Position numbers and translations under genes: made by a program. Under the pieces are notes generated by a model. That model made no database searches. It saw nothing but the letters and a program-made list of their open reading frames with translations, and was not told where the DNA came from. A stretch of 64,000 nucleotides of DNA, from NCBI GenBank assembly GCA_026770705.1, contig JANJGN010000140.1, forward strand, positions 620,001 to 684,000, read 5' to 3'. This document shows positions 38,613 to 51,960 of this stretch, one piece after another; position 1 is the first letter of the stretch; each line of letters opens with the position of its first letter. This DNA comes from Isurus oxyrinchus. Its lineage: Eukaryota.

Positions 38613-38964
38613 GTATGAGATACAAACCCATTAAAGTAACTGGTAATAGCTTCGGAATAAAGTGCTGGAAAGTGCATCCACCCTATTCATAAAGCGGCAT
38701 TCAGTACTGCATTCCAGGGCCCGGGAATGGTGTATTTGTATTGGGACTGGGGCAACACGGGTTCGCTAGAATGTTTCCAGGGCTAAACGACTGAAATTAT
38801 GAGAACAATTTACACAGACCAAGCTGGTTTTGCATTGTGTAAAGACGATTACAGACGATAGTTAGAGGTTGATATGTCGAATGTCCTCTGGAGAGTGAAG
38901 ACTGAATACTGCTGTCCTGATTCGCATGGTGAAACTTTGGTTGATTTTCATTTCTGTCTCACAG

Positions 38965-39273
38965 AATGTTCCAACTGCAGAGATGCCACAATTACTCTAC
39001 TGCCACCGCCAATAGAACAGGTCTTGCTGGAAGCGACGGTGACCTTAACCTGCATCGTTTCTGATGCTCATCAACCAGTACTCGTGTCCTGGACCCAAGA
39101 AAAGAAGCCTTTGAAATCAGAGATTGCCGTCCAACCGGGAGAGCATCCCGGCAGCGTGGTCAGCAACGTAAACATCTCGACACAAGCCTGGCTGAGTGGG
39201 GCTGAGTTCTACTGCGTGGTGAGCAATCAGGATCTGCCGACTCCTTTAAGGAGTTCCATCCACAAGGAACAAG
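38965..39273 (+). CDS. IGHM: IgM CH3 exon
   Basis: acag|AA; (E)[57 protein letters not shown]; donor G|GTGAG. Confidence 0.95.
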
Positions 39274-39980
39274 GTGAGCGGTGAGATTGAAACAATAAGT
39301 GAGTCATTGTGTCTACTTCCAGTGTAAGGGTCAATATTTACTATTCAGTGTGTTCATGGTCTACCCGGATTGGCAATTCCACTAGCTAAAGGCTCTGGGC
39401 CTGCAGACTTCAAGGAGGAAATTGATAAGTAGATGAATGAGCAATGAATTGAAGGCTGTGCTTTTGGATTTCGATGAAGAAAGATGGGAGGAGCCTGGTG
39501 TGGAGCTTAAACACCAACACAGACCAGTTGGGCCGAATGGCCTGTTCTGTGCTGTAAACTTTGAGAAACTTTCTAGTCCAACCACATAAGTTCTCAGGGA
39601 AAAGGATTGTATCCACCTCTGCTCCGAGCTGGAAAACCGATCAGATCCCAAAGATTTTTATTTATTAATTAATGGGATGTGTGCGTCGCTGGCTGGGCCA
39701 GAGTTTATTGCCCATCCCTATTTGCCCTTGAGAAGGTGGTGGTGTGCTGACTTCTTGAATCGCTGCAATCCGTGTGGTGTAGGTAAATGCACAGTGTTGT
39801 CAGGGAGGGAGTTCCAGGATTTTGCCTCAGCGACAGTAAAGGAATGGTGATATATTTCCTAGAAGTGGATAATGTAAACCTTTACTATTCAACTCAAAAA
39901 CACATCCCTCACCCTAACCAGTGGTTTCATTGTCTCCGAAATTATCCAGTTTATTGACATTTATTGTACATTTTCTGCAG

Positions 39981-40372
39981 ACAAAAATCCGCAGGAACCA
40001 TCCGTGTCTGTCCTCCTGCCCTCGGCAGAAGATGTCTCCGCTCAGAGGTACGTCTCCCTCAGCTGCTTAGTGAGAGGTTTCTCCCCCCGAGAGATCTTCA
40101 TCAAGTGGACCGTCAATGACAAGCCGGTGAATCCCGGAAACTACAAGAACACCGAGGTGGTGGCGGAGAACGGCAATCGCTCCTTCTTCATGTACAGCCT
40201 GTTATCCATTGCAGCGGAGGAGTGGGCCAGCGGCGCTTCTTACTCCTGTGTGGTGGGACATGAAGCGATCCCCTTGAAGATCATCAACAGAACGGTTGAT
40301 AAATCCAGCGGTAAACCGAGTTTTGTGAATATTTCCCTTGCACTGATGGACACCGTTAATTCATGTCAATGA
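39981..40372 (+). CDS. IGHM: IgM CH4 plus secretory tailpiece exon
   Basis: tgcag|AC; ..[53 protein letters not shown]. Tailpiece N-glycosylation site and penultimate Cys; internal donor G|GTAAA at 40310/40311 for the membrane form. Confidence 0.97.
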
Positions 40373-40399
40373 GAGTCTCTTGGTTACATTTCAAACTTC

Positions 40400-40405
40400 A
40401 ATAAA
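40400..40405 (+). terminator. PolyA signal, secreted IgM
   Basis: AATAAA 28 nt after the stop codon. Confidence 0.8.
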
Positions 40406-40789
40406 AAAAATAAAGTCCTTTTCTCCAATCGTGATTTAAATGCACGGTTCCTCAATTAATGTTGTTTTCCACTTTTGCTAATGTTAGACCTATTCAGTTA
40501 AAATCGGATATTTCCAGGGCTCAGAACCAAGACTTGTACATCCAGTGCTCCCAGCTCAGATGCACCCTGGGTTAGAGACAGAGTAAAGCTCATTCATTAC
40601 GGGGTTCTGCAAAATAACATCACCTCCCACTGAGGAGAAGTCTGACCATTCCCATTTCTCGCAAACAAACTCAGCACATTGAGATCTCGGTGTTCCTGCT
40701 TCTCTTATTGTCCATTCCTTTAAAGTGGATGCCAGCTTTAAGTTGCTGCATCACACCCACTGGGAATTGAAGTGAGGGTCACACAGAAA

Positions 40790-41010
40790 CATGTCCCAAC
40801 AATCCCCCATCAGAGAGAGGGGGAAGGAAAATTGTTAACCCACTGTACCCCCCACTTCCCCAACAGAGAGAGGGGGAAGGGAAATTGTTAACCCATTGTA
40901 CACCCACTTCCCCAACAGAGAGAGGGGGAGGAGAAATTGTTAACCCACTGTACCCCACTTTCCCAACAGAGAAAAGTGAAAGGAAAATTTTTAGCCAATT
41001 TTACCTCCAC
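40790..41010. repeat. ~50-bp tandem repeat (~4 copies) in the CH4-TM intron
   Basis: cccaacagagagagggggaagggaaattgttaacccactgtacccccactt-like units. Confidence 0.75.
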
Positions 41011-41579
41011 TTGCTAAACAAAAAGACGAGGAAGAACATAGGTAAACCCACTGTGTCTCCACCTTCTCAACGCAGAGAACCGAAAAGGAAATTGCTTAGC
41101 CAACCAGACGGAGCAAAACTATTAACGCACTGGACTCTCAGTCCCCGAGCAGAGAATCTTGAAAGGAACAGGTCTCTACTGTATGGACTCAGTTACCAAC
41201 AGCAGAAATCAGCTTCTAGCTTACTGGTCACAGGTTTTAAAGTCCCATCATGCTTGAAATGTTGTAAAATATATATTTATGCAACATAATTTTAAGAAGT
41301 TTTAACACTCTTGTTCCTGTTAATCTTATGCTAAGATTGATTTTCCATCATCCGAATCTAAACTGGTTATTAAATACTCCCTGGGTTGTTTACGGTTCTG
41401 CCCCTGAATTTTATGAGGCAGATGGTTGATTGTTTGCATTCGTTCACCTGATATCACCTTGCATCTCACAGAAAACACGTTTATGCAGAACATTGAAAAT
41501 ATAATTTTCACTATCAGGGACAGACTCGATCGTTGGGACCCGATGAACCTCGGAAAAATAGTGAAAATGCACACAAGGG

Positions 41580-42660
41580 ACACAAATGAACGCACACAAA
41601 CATACATACACACATAGGCATAGACACGCAGACACAAACACACACAGTACAGGCAGACACACACACGCGCACACACACACACACACACACATATATAGGC
41701 ACACACACACACACAGGCACAGACACACACACAAACACAGGCAAACAGACAAACACGCACACACAATCACACATGCACACAATCACACATAAACACAAAT
41801 ACACACACAAATGCAGGCACAGGAACACACATACACAATTGCACACACACACAAATACACACACGCGCATGCACACATACACATACACACACACACATAC
41901 ACAATCACGCACACACAAACAGATAAAACCAGACAAGCAGACTCATATAAGGACACAAATATGCATAATCACACATTCATAATGACAGAAATACAGACAA
42001 AAAGACACACACTATCATTCAGATTGAAACAAGTCCATCGATACACATGAACACATGCACACACATGAGCAGATGACAACCAGACAGACAAACAGATAGA
42101 GGAAGAGACTAACACATTCACAGGCACACATGTAGACACAAACATGAAACATGCTTATACACAGGAGAACACAAAAAACACACGTTAATATGTACGAAAA
42201 CATAAACACACATTGATACATAGTTCTAAATATCCATCAACACACAAATGCACACATAAAAAACTCTCTCTCACACACGTTCGCACGCACACACACACAC
42301 TCACACACACACACGCTGTGACACAGACATTAATATGCTGACACATACGTGGAACACAAAAAGAAACATTAACTCTCATATTAGCAGACAAGAACGCATA
42401 AACACGTATTAACACAGATAGTAATAAATAAACCTAGATATCAATGCATAAACACACACAATAACACACTCATATATACATATTGACAAAAAAACAAAAT
42501 ATACATGCAGACGCAAACACAAAAATGCACAAGTCAGCACTCATTGGCAAATGAACACATGTCAATACTCATACACACATATGGACACAGAAACAAAGAG
42601 TGATGAAAGGCACGATATACTCATGCACACACACACAAAAGCTAAAGAATGACACAAACG
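41580..42660. repeat. CA-rich microsatellite
   Basis: Degenerate (CA)n. Confidence 0.9.
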
Positions 42661-43208
42661 CCAGGCTATTGAAGAAAGTATAACTCAAATGTACTTTTTT
42701 AACCGACTTATCCTCCAGAAATTGTCCCTCTTACAAAATGACGCAAAAAGCACACTGAAACAATGTTCTTACTGAGAAACTGATTTAAGTTAATGACGCA
42801 CCAAACATTTCCAAAACAAATAAAGAAACAAGATGGGAAATCACGGCCGAGATTTTAAAAAGCAACGTCCACAGTTTCCAAATAAGTTGCTCAGTGAATC
42901 TCTCTCGCTATCCATCATAACATTCTCCAATAATACTTCGTACAAAATTGTTCGAAAATAAACTGATACTGGAGATAATTTTCCATATTTTGCGACTCGG
43001 ACTGTATGAGGATTGTAAAGGAAGAACAGCTGTGGAGATAGTTACAGAATAGGTTGATGAAATTCACGAGCTTAAAAGTAGATATCCATTGAACATTAAA
43101 TTAGAGAATACATTAATAACTTAGGAAAGAGTAAAGAGAATATTTTTTAAAAAGATATCCTAGATTAATAAACAATCTAATTCTATCCGCTCGGTTATAT
43201 CCCCGTAG

Positions 43209-43336
43209 ATTCCACAGACCGCATCTGGATTGAAGACTCTGAGGATGATAACGGCAACATCTGGACAACCGCTTCCACATTCATCATCCTGTTCTTCCTG
43301 AGCATTTTCTACAGCACTGCCGTCACTCTGGCGAAG
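43209..43336 (+). CDS. IGHM: IgM TM1 exon
   Basis: gtag|AT; (D)STDRIWIEDSEDDNGNIWTTASTFIILFFLSIFYSTAVTLAK, a CART-type transmembrane segment; donor AAG|GTGAG. Confidence 0.95.
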
Positions 43337-43474
43337 GTGAGAAGATTCAATCCACTCACACTTCAAACTGACAGAAGCAGTTTGAAAAATCTGTCAATGT
43401 TTCATTGATTAAGACACTAACATAAATGTCCCACATTCTAAACATCTGCTTCACTATTTTATCCTCTTTTGCAG

Positions 43475-43483
43475 ATCAAGTGA
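43475..43483 (+). CDS. IGHM: IgM TM2 exon (I-K-stop; cytoplasmic tail KIK)
   Basis: ttttgcag|ATC AAG TGA, phase 0. Confidence 0.88.
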   Translation: MK

Positions 43484-43899
43484 CCAGTTGAATTTTGGAC
43501 ACCGTAGATTTTCCTCAGCTCTTTATTGAGATCTCTGTATTATGAATTTAAAATATGTCCTCTCAGTGAATCTAAAAATGAAACACCTTCAGTTCATGTT
43601 TCAGAATTTGTAGCTAAGACAGTCATGGACGGTATTTCCGTTTCTCTGTTTGAAATGTGCGAGATAATTATGGCTGTGTTGTAATTGTAGCTTATAATTC
43701 CCCAGTAGTTTGAATTCCATGTGTAAATAAGTAGATTTTCTCATTCCTCATTCACAATTATTCCCTTCCCTTTATGTTGATCTCCTGTTTTCTCTTTCTG
43801 GTCTCTGTTACAGCTGTACATACAGTTGGCAACTCAGAGCGAATGTGTTCTGTTCTCAGTGTGACTCTCAGTCATCATATTCAGTCCAGTTGACTTTAA

Positions 43900-43941
43900 A
43901 ATAAACTTTTCTGGAAAATGTTCTCCGAAATTGTCAATAAA
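43900..43941 (+). terminator. PolyA signals, membrane IgM
   Basis: AATAAA at 43900 and at 43936. Confidence 0.65.
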
Positions 43942-45149
43942 TCATGATTGTGAAACGAACTGACTTTGCTGAGCTTCTTTCCCCCAGGCCCATCGACATC
44001 GCTCCATTTATACCCCTATTACACTGATTCCTCCCCTCTCCCAGGCAGGTGTTTTTAATCTTTCCTTTTTGGGATGAGAATCAAAAACAGAAAATGCTGA
44101 AAAACCTCAGCAGGCCCAACAGCATCTGTGGAGGAAAAAAAGAGTTAACGTTTCGAGTCCTCATGACTCTTCTGCAGAGCCCAATGTCCTTCAGTGAAAG
44201 AGTCACTGCGCCATCCAGCGACCCATCAGTGTTAACATGCCTTTACCTCTGCCTTTTTATGGCAAACCCCAGAGCCAGGATGATTGCACAGCGAGGGGAG
44301 CCTCTGCGATTTCACTCATACTCAGGTCTGTCACAGCCACAAGTCAAGTAATTGTAAACAGCAGTGATCTGCTTCATCAGAGGCCCATACAGGGCAGTAT
44401 ATGGAGGACGAAAGTTTCCTTTACACTGTCCCATCAAACACTGCCAGGGTCGGTGCAGCAGGGGGTTAGATAGGGGGTAAAAGGTTTTGTTTTATCTCTT
44501 TACCCTTTCATGAGGTGTGGGTGTCGCTGGCAAGACCGCCCAGAACAGCCCAGCTTCCGAGGTCATTTAAGAGGGCAGTTGAGTGTCAGTCACATTGCTG
44601 TCGAGCTGGAATCACATGTCGGCCAGGCCGGGTAGGGGTAGCAGATTTCCTTCACTAAAGGACATTAGTGCAGCAGATGGATTTTTACGACAATCGGTGA
44701 TAGTTGTCACGGTCACCATTACTGAGGCTAGTTTTCAATCCCAGGTTTTAATAATTGAATTCACATTCCAGCAGCTGTCATGCTGGGATTTGAATCCATG
44801 CGCCCAGAGCATTCGCCTGGACTCTCTGTACCTTGTCCAATTAAAGACTCACAATCCACCTTCTCAAGGCAATTATGGATGGGCAATAAATGCTGGCCCA
44901 GACAGCCACACCCACATCACATAAATGAATAACAAAAAATACACAAATACCGCAGACTGAACCGTTGACCCAAACCATGGGAAGATTCCAAGAGACTAGG
45001 GCTGATCTGACACAGACACGTTATCGAGCAGTAATCCTGCAAATTATTACTACGGTCTGGGGCTTATTAGGAACACCAGGGAGCACAAATCGTGGAAATT
45101 CCCAGGCCCTGCGGCCTGCCAGGTGCAATAAACAACTAAATTCACGGAA

Positions 45150-45395
45150 ATAAAAACAAAAAACTGCGGATGCTGGAAATCCAAAACAAAAACAGAATTA
45201 CCTGGAAAAACTCAGCAGGTCTGGCAGCATCGGCGGAGAAGAAAAGAGTTGACGTTTCGAGTCCTCATGACCCTTCAACAGAACTATGATTAGGTCTGTT
45301 GAAGGTTCATGAGGACTCGAAATGTCAACTCATTTCTTCTCTGCCGATGCTGCCAGACTTCCTGGGTTTTTCCAGGTAATTCTGTTTTTGTTTTG
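45150..45395. mobile_element. Palindromic Penelope-terminus mini-element with an 11-bp TSD
   Basis: Two inverted copies of the pLTR/hammerhead block; aattcacggaa at 45139-45149 and 45396-45406. Confidence 0.8.
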
Positions 45396-45799
45396 AATTC
45401 ACGGAACATCGCCCCAGGGATCCTTTCTCCCTGCCCCATTCCCTCTCATACCTTTCTTCCAAACTCACTGAACATCACCCCAGGGATCCTCTCTCTCTCT
45501 GCTCCATTTCCAGGCCTGCTGTTATCCAGTAACTTCCCACACAAATAGTTTTCGAATATTTATTTTTGTAAATGGTATAAATTAGATCAAACGTGTGCAT
45601 TACATCCAGCCCATTAGAAATATTGGGTTCAAAACAACAAATATGAATTGATTCTATGATTGCATATTTTGAACTGGAACACATCATCGCACCGAGTGAA
45701 TCCACTGTCAGTTTACATGTTGCTCAGTGAAAATTTCAATCATCCTTGACTTTTTGGCCTTTGTGCACTGAGCCAGGAAGAAGTCTGGACTCAAAGAAC

Positions 45800-46430
45800 A
45801 TGTGAACATATGAACTCGGAGCAGGAGTAGGACACTCGGCCCTTCAAGCCTTCTCCACCATTCAATAAGATCATAGCTGATCTGATTGAAACCTGCTGCT
45901 TACCCCGATAACCTTTCACCATCTTGTTGATAAAGAATCAATCTAGCTCTGCCTTAAAAATATTCAAAGACTCTGCTTCCACTGCCTCTTGAAAGAAAGA
46001 GTTACAAGTACTCACGACCCTCTGAGAAAAAACACTTCTCTCATCTCTGTCTTAAATGAGCGACCCCTTATTTTTAAACAGTGACCCCTAGTTCTAAATT
46101 CTCCCACAAGATGCAAGATCCTATCCGCATCCACCCTGTCAAGACCCCTCGGGATCTGAAAGATTTCGATCAAGTCGCCTCTTAGTTTTCTAAACTCCAG
46201 TGGATGCAGGCCTAACCTGCCACCTTTCCTCACAAGACAAGCCGCCCATTCTTGGTATTAGTTCAGTAAGCCTTCTCTGAATTGCTTCTAACACATTTAC
46301 ATTTTCCTTAAATAAGGAGGCCAATACCCTATACTGTACTCCTGATATCACTGTCCTGTACAACTGAAGTATAACCTTCTTACTTCAATTCCCCCTCACA
46401 GCAAATGATAACGTTCTATTAGTTTTCCTT
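45800..46430 (-). mobile_element. CR1 LINE 3' fragment
   Basis: RLGLHPLEFRKLRGDLIEIFQI..RTRGHCLKIRGRSFKTEMR. Confidence 0.85.
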
Positions 46431-46618
46431 GTGGTGCCTAAATGGTTCAGCACTTTTTCAATTTCTGTCAGACTTTTGTAATAGCTTTGCACATCTGGAA
46501 AGTATTCTCCCATGTTCTATCCTTGTTTACCTGATGTGCCTAAATCTCTTCACAGCCGAGATACTCCTCCCCACAGTTTACATTTCCACCGCTTCCATCT
46601 GCTAAAGTTTATCCACAG

Positions 46619-46689
46619 GCACCAGCAGGGATCGAACTCACGGCATCTAGCTTGATAAGTCCACTATTTTAACCACAGGTTACGCCAAC
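46619..46689 (-). pseudogene. Degenerate tRNA-like sequence
   Basis: The minus strand has an A-box-like gtggtta and B-box GAGTTCGATCC at tRNA spacing; stems are decayed. Confidence 0.4.
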
Positions 46690-49119
46690 AGCGCCAGAAA
46701 GGTTAAAGTCCTCTTCCAGCTTTTAAACCTACTGTTATTCTCTGTGCCATTTACCATGAAGATGCACAATGAAAGTGAGTAAAGTTTATGATGGTAAAAA
46801 TGCATTCATCCCCCTCAGGGAACTGAATCACATTGACACACGGAGAGGAACACACACAGACATTGACACCGATAGGTGGCAGCAGCCTAAGGAGAGACAA
46901 ACATCCAGAAAGCAAGGATGTCACCAGATTGGCTCCGTTTTTGTTCCATTTCCAACTGCAAATTTGGTGAATGCCAACAGATGAACGGAAATGAAAAACA
47001 CAAGGAAGCGTTTGAAAGTTTTTTTAGTCCATTTAATAGATAATTAATTCTGTAACTCATCCTTAAAACAGGAACAGTGAGAAATGTAAACTACTAAATG
47101 TAGATTGCAGGTTCAAAATGTCGGATTTTCACCTGTATCAGGAAACTCTAATGGGTTTCAAACCCATTACATAAGCAAGTCAGTTCCGTACATCGTCGCC
47201 ATGTACCTTTTAATGTTCAGTACATAAAACGACAGAGTGGTTACAGAAGGGAATGAAGAAATGCAGCCCCATCTATTCCTGGCTGTCCTGCAATTTCTGC
47301 TGCCTCTTCTCGAACTTTCCGCCAGTATGGAGCACTGCGCACCGCGCGCACACAGGGGGACATGATTGAGGTGCATAAAATTATGAGGGGCATAATAGGG
47401 CACACAGGAACGTACTTTTCCCCTTGGTGGACGGATTTTAGGGTAAAGATTAAGAAGTTTAGAGTATTTTTCATTTCCGTTCATCTTTTTAATGTGAAGC
47501 TACACAACTAATGTGAATGAAGTTTGCGATGGTAAAAATGCGTCCATCCCCTCGTGGAACTAAACCGAATTGATACATTCCTGATCCGAACCACTCACTG
47601 TGCAACACAGGAGCCCCTTTAAAATTGTAACATTATTTTCTGTTTCCTCTCCTCTCCGACCAAAATGAATCATTTCACATTTCCTTCCATTAAATTTCAG
47701 CTGCCACTGTCTGTCCAAATGGATTTGTTAAAGAGCCCGAAAGGATAACCGACTCAAGCTGGGAATGAAAGAATGAGAATGAAGGAAGAGAAGTGACGGG
47801 TTTTCTAGATCCTAGGGGAAAGGGACTCCAGGATCAGTTCATTGTGACAGTTCACACAGCAACAAGAAAACAACATTCCCTGATGAAGGCCAAACCCGGG
47901 CGGCAGGAGCAGGAGCGCCGGATAACAGCCTGTTTAGTTATAACACAGAAGACTTGTTCTGCCAATAACAGCCTCGAGTGTGTTCAACATGAACATGAAG
48001 TGAACATTGAGGGGAAATAGTGCCACAAGCTGCGGATGGACAACTTTCAATTTCCAAACCCACCAACACAATCAATGCGGCTCCTCTGAAACTTTCAAGG
48101 CAAATATTGATCCTTTATAAGGTGCCGTACCCAGAACTATCCACAGTCCTCCAGGTGTGATCTAACCAGGGCTTTTTATCGCTGCAGCAAACTTTTCCGT
48201 CTTTTCTATAACAGTCTCTGTCACAGGGTGTAGAGCAAGAGGAATTAGATTGTATAGGGCGACTGAGGAAAACGAGGACATGCTTGATCTGAATCAATCT
48301 CTTTGGAAAGTTCGGTATGAAATCAGCAACATAAATACATTTATGGTTCAAAAACTATATCGGAACCTAAAGCCCAACTCTTGATGTCATTGGGTCAAGG
48401 AAACTTTATTAATGATCACACAGTCCTCATGGGCACTGCAAAACTCCTGCACCTCTTTCAATATTGTTCCATAACTTTCAAAAGCTCCATGAAATCTTTG
48501 TTTAACCTCCTTTGCTCGAAAGGGAACAATCGCGGCCTCTATAATCTCCCCACAAAACTGAATTTCCTCATCTATGGGCATGATGTAAGGTGGGAAATTG
48601 CAATGAGATTTTAGAAAATATTGCCAGCTGGCAGTTGGGAAGATGGAAAAGGAACCAAAGCAGAAAGCCCAGTCTCCAGCTTTGCGAATCTTTCAAAACT
48701 CTTTGGGAACTGGGATCAGAGGCGAATGAAGGGTGAACTGTCCGACTGACCGTTCAAGGTACCGTTCCCTTCTTTAAGGCACTAGAACAATGACTCTGAT
48801 GCTATCATTGAAGTTAACTGATCTGAGACATTGAAAGGATTCTCCATACTGCACATCAGCAATTTAATCTGAATATTGGTTTCGGGACACTCAGAGTACT
48901 TGGTGACAGACAAGGCACCAAAAAGCTCGAAGGGAGATGGCACCGGCTGTAGGAGAGCTGGCTCCTAGTGACATGAATGTAGCTGCAGTGGGTGGGATCA
49001 GACTGTTTCCATGTATCCAAATCAATGTTTCACCCTTTATTTTGGAAAAGTAAAACTCGGAGAGAACAATGATCATTCTGATAGCGGCATCTGAACCTTT
49101 AAGGATCGATCTTGCGACT

Positions 49120-49186
49120 TTTTCTGTGGCACAATTGGTCAGCATGTTCGGCTGGAAGGTTGGTGGTTCGAGACCACCCGGGGATG
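49120..49186 (+). pseudogene. tRNA-Asn-derived pseudogene lacking most of the anticodon loop
   Basis: tctgtggcacaattggtcagcatgttcggctg-[~7-nt deletion]-gaaggttggtggttcgagaccacccggggatg aligns to vertebrate tRNA-Asn(GTT). Confidence 0.75.
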
Positions 49187-50089
49187 AAGATTTCACTGTT
49201 TGTCAGCCCATCATATTCATCACCCCACAGCTCTGGGTTGTCAATGTGCATATTGGCTTCAAGCAAATAATCTACAATCGAGGCTTATTCAGTGATCCCA
49301 CACGAAGAGTTGCATTCTTACAAATATTTAAGATGTAAAGAGAAAATGATCAGACCTGCCATGTACCTCTATATAACCCATTGGAAATATATGAAGTTAT
49401 GAGATTCAAACAAACCCATCAGTGATTCTCTCTTCCTCAGCTCCACAGTGAGTGGGACAGGGAAGAGCGGAGAAGCAGCAATATTCCAGCCCCGCACTCT
49501 CCAATCACCCTCTGTCAGCAGAAAGCGACGTCAGCAGCTTCAATCAGCGGGTTACTGCCCATCACTGGGATGCAAGATACTCCAACACGGGCTAAAACTC
49601 CCTATACACTGAGCACAGGCTCAGGAAAACACTGGTAGATTATATCCCGGTCACTAAACCTCCGAGCAGCATTCACAGAATACCCGAGTGAGGGAGTCAC
49701 AAATAAAAACAACAACTTTCAAAATCTTTTCACTGAAATACCATCTTTTTATTTAAAAGTTGACTGTTGTGAATCTGAAAATGAGCACCATGGGATTTGT
49801 GTTACCGACTGACTTGTTTTCCATTGTTTGTCTGTCAGGTTTGTAACTCAATTTGTGTTGGAGATTGAAGTGAATCTCATTTCAGAATGAGGTCACAAAG
49901 CAGGTCAATATTAAATCCAGGAACACATCCTGAGGAAAATAGATCACAATGTTTGGAAGGAGGTGCAGCTAAGAAATGGAATCTGTGAACGATATTATTG
50001 ATGTTTGATGGGAAAGCATTGGACCCTTGGGTTTCTGGTGGTCAATTCCTTTCTCTCCCATTGCATTCAGACAGTTAACTTGCTGTGAT

Positions 50090-50620
50090 GTTTTCCCTTC
50101 CCACACTCGGAGCAGGTTAATGGCCTCTCCCCAGTGTGAATTTGCTGGTGTCTCAGCCGATGGATGTATGAGTGAATCCCTTCCCACAAATGGAGCAGGT
50201 TAATAACTTCCCCCCGCCTCCACCGCCCCCCCCCCCCACCCCCCGCCCCCAAGTGTGACAGCACTGGTGAATTTCCAGCTAAGATGGGTGGCTCAATTCT
50301 TCCTCCCATTCCCCACATTTCCACAGATTCTCGTCAGTGTAACTATACTTGTATTTCGGCAGGCCAGATGATCCCTTGAATCTTCGTCCACACACAGAAC
50401 ACGTGTATGGTTTCTCCCCACTGTGAACGTTGCTTTTTTCCTTCCATGTTCAAACTCTGATGATATTCAGGCTACGTTAAATTGGATGACTCAGTTAGAT
50501 CCTAGTGTGATGTTTCCTGACTGCAAATCTTCCCCTCTTAATACGCTGTGAAAATGATGTAAAACAGAAAAAAGGGAGTGAGAGCGAACCCACAGAAACA
50601 CAAAGGCAGATTGTAAAATT
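50090..50620 (-). pseudogene. C2H2 zinc-finger gene remnant
   Basis: HQQIHTGERPLTCSECGKG; upstream [14 protein letters not shown]-like DNA at ~50385-50425; frameshifted. Confidence 0.75.
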
Positions 50621-51039
50621 GAACAGAAATGTTGGAAATTTCTACGACTGAGACGAGGGAAAATGACATTCAAAGCTGTTGGATTGATGAAACAATTGAA
50701 CTGGTTCACTAATGTTCATCAGAGTCAGTCTGGGCCTACACAAGGCCTCTACAGGAGGAGAAAGGGGGAGATAAAGATGGAGATAGAGAGAGAAAATAAG
50801 GGAGATATGCAAAAGGAGTGACAGAGAGTGAGGTGAGAGGGTAAGGTGCAGAGGGAAAGAGTGGGAGAGAGAGATGGAGAGAGAGACACACACAGAGAGA
50901 GAGAGAGAGAGGTGAGAGTGGCAGGGGTGAAAGAGAGGGATTTCATATCAACTCGACCAGAACTTTGACAGAACATCCCGAGCCCTGAATCTACACCAGC
51001 TAGAAGGAGCAGGGTAACAAGTGTATGTGAACGCACACA

Positions 51040-51960
51040 CCATCCTGACTTGTCTGGTATCCAGTGCTGCATGAACAGAAATGTCCTCCAATTAAATATT
51101 GGAAAAATTAAAGCCATTGTCTTAAGCGCCACCCCCACCCCCACCCCCCCCACTCCCCCACCCCCACCCCCAACACCCCTACAAACGTCACTCCTTAGCC
51201 ACTGGCTCCTCCCCTCTCCCCGGCAATTCTCTGAGGCTAAACCAGATTCTTCTCAAACTTGATGTCATGCTTCAAACATATCTGCATCATCACCAAGACC
51301 GCTGATTCCCACGTCAGTAACATCACCGAACCCTGTCCTAGCCTCAGCTCATCCAGTTCTAAAACTCTCATCCATTCCTTTATTATCTCTAGACTTAACT
51401 ACCCTACGCACCCCAGGCCAGCCTCCCACATTCATGTCTCCAGTAAACTTGAGGTGATGTAACACTCTGCTACCCATGTGTTCGTTTGCAGTAAGTCTTG
51501 CTCACTCATCACCTCTGTTCTCGCTAACCTATAGAGGCTCACGTTTAAGAAGCACCAAAATTTTAAAATTCTCATCCTTGTTTTCAAATCCCGCTGTGGC
51601 TGCAATCACCCCTTTCTCTGTGATCTCCTCCAAGCCCTCAACCCTTCGGGATCTCTGCGCTGATCTAATCCTAATCTCTCGACCATTCTCAATTAATCAC
51701 TCCACCACTGGTTGCTGTTCTTTAAGTTTCCGAGGTCCCAAGCTCTGAAATTTCTCCCCTAAACCTCCCCACATCTCTATTCACTTTCTTCCTTTAAGAT
51801 ACTCTTTAGCCTTACTCTTTCACAAAGCTTTTGGTCACCTGCCCTAATATCTCCTTATGTGGCTCGGTGTCAAATGTTGTTTTGTAATATTTCTACAAAA
51901 TGCTTTGGAACATTCAATTACATGAAAGATGCTATATAAATATAAATTATTGTTGGTTTG
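51040..51960 (+). mobile_element. L2-like LINE 3' fragment
   Basis: LQLNIGKIKAIV; KTLIHSFIISRLNY; 3' tail ending gctatataaatataaattattgttg. Confidence 0.7.

Noticed and set aside
41326-42415. Cys/Val-rich and His/Thr-rich ORFs
   Set aside because: Translation of the (CA)n microsatellite.
43475-43483. KIK rather than KVK cytoplasmic tail as a novelty
   Set aside because: A conservative substitution; no functional inference can be supported.
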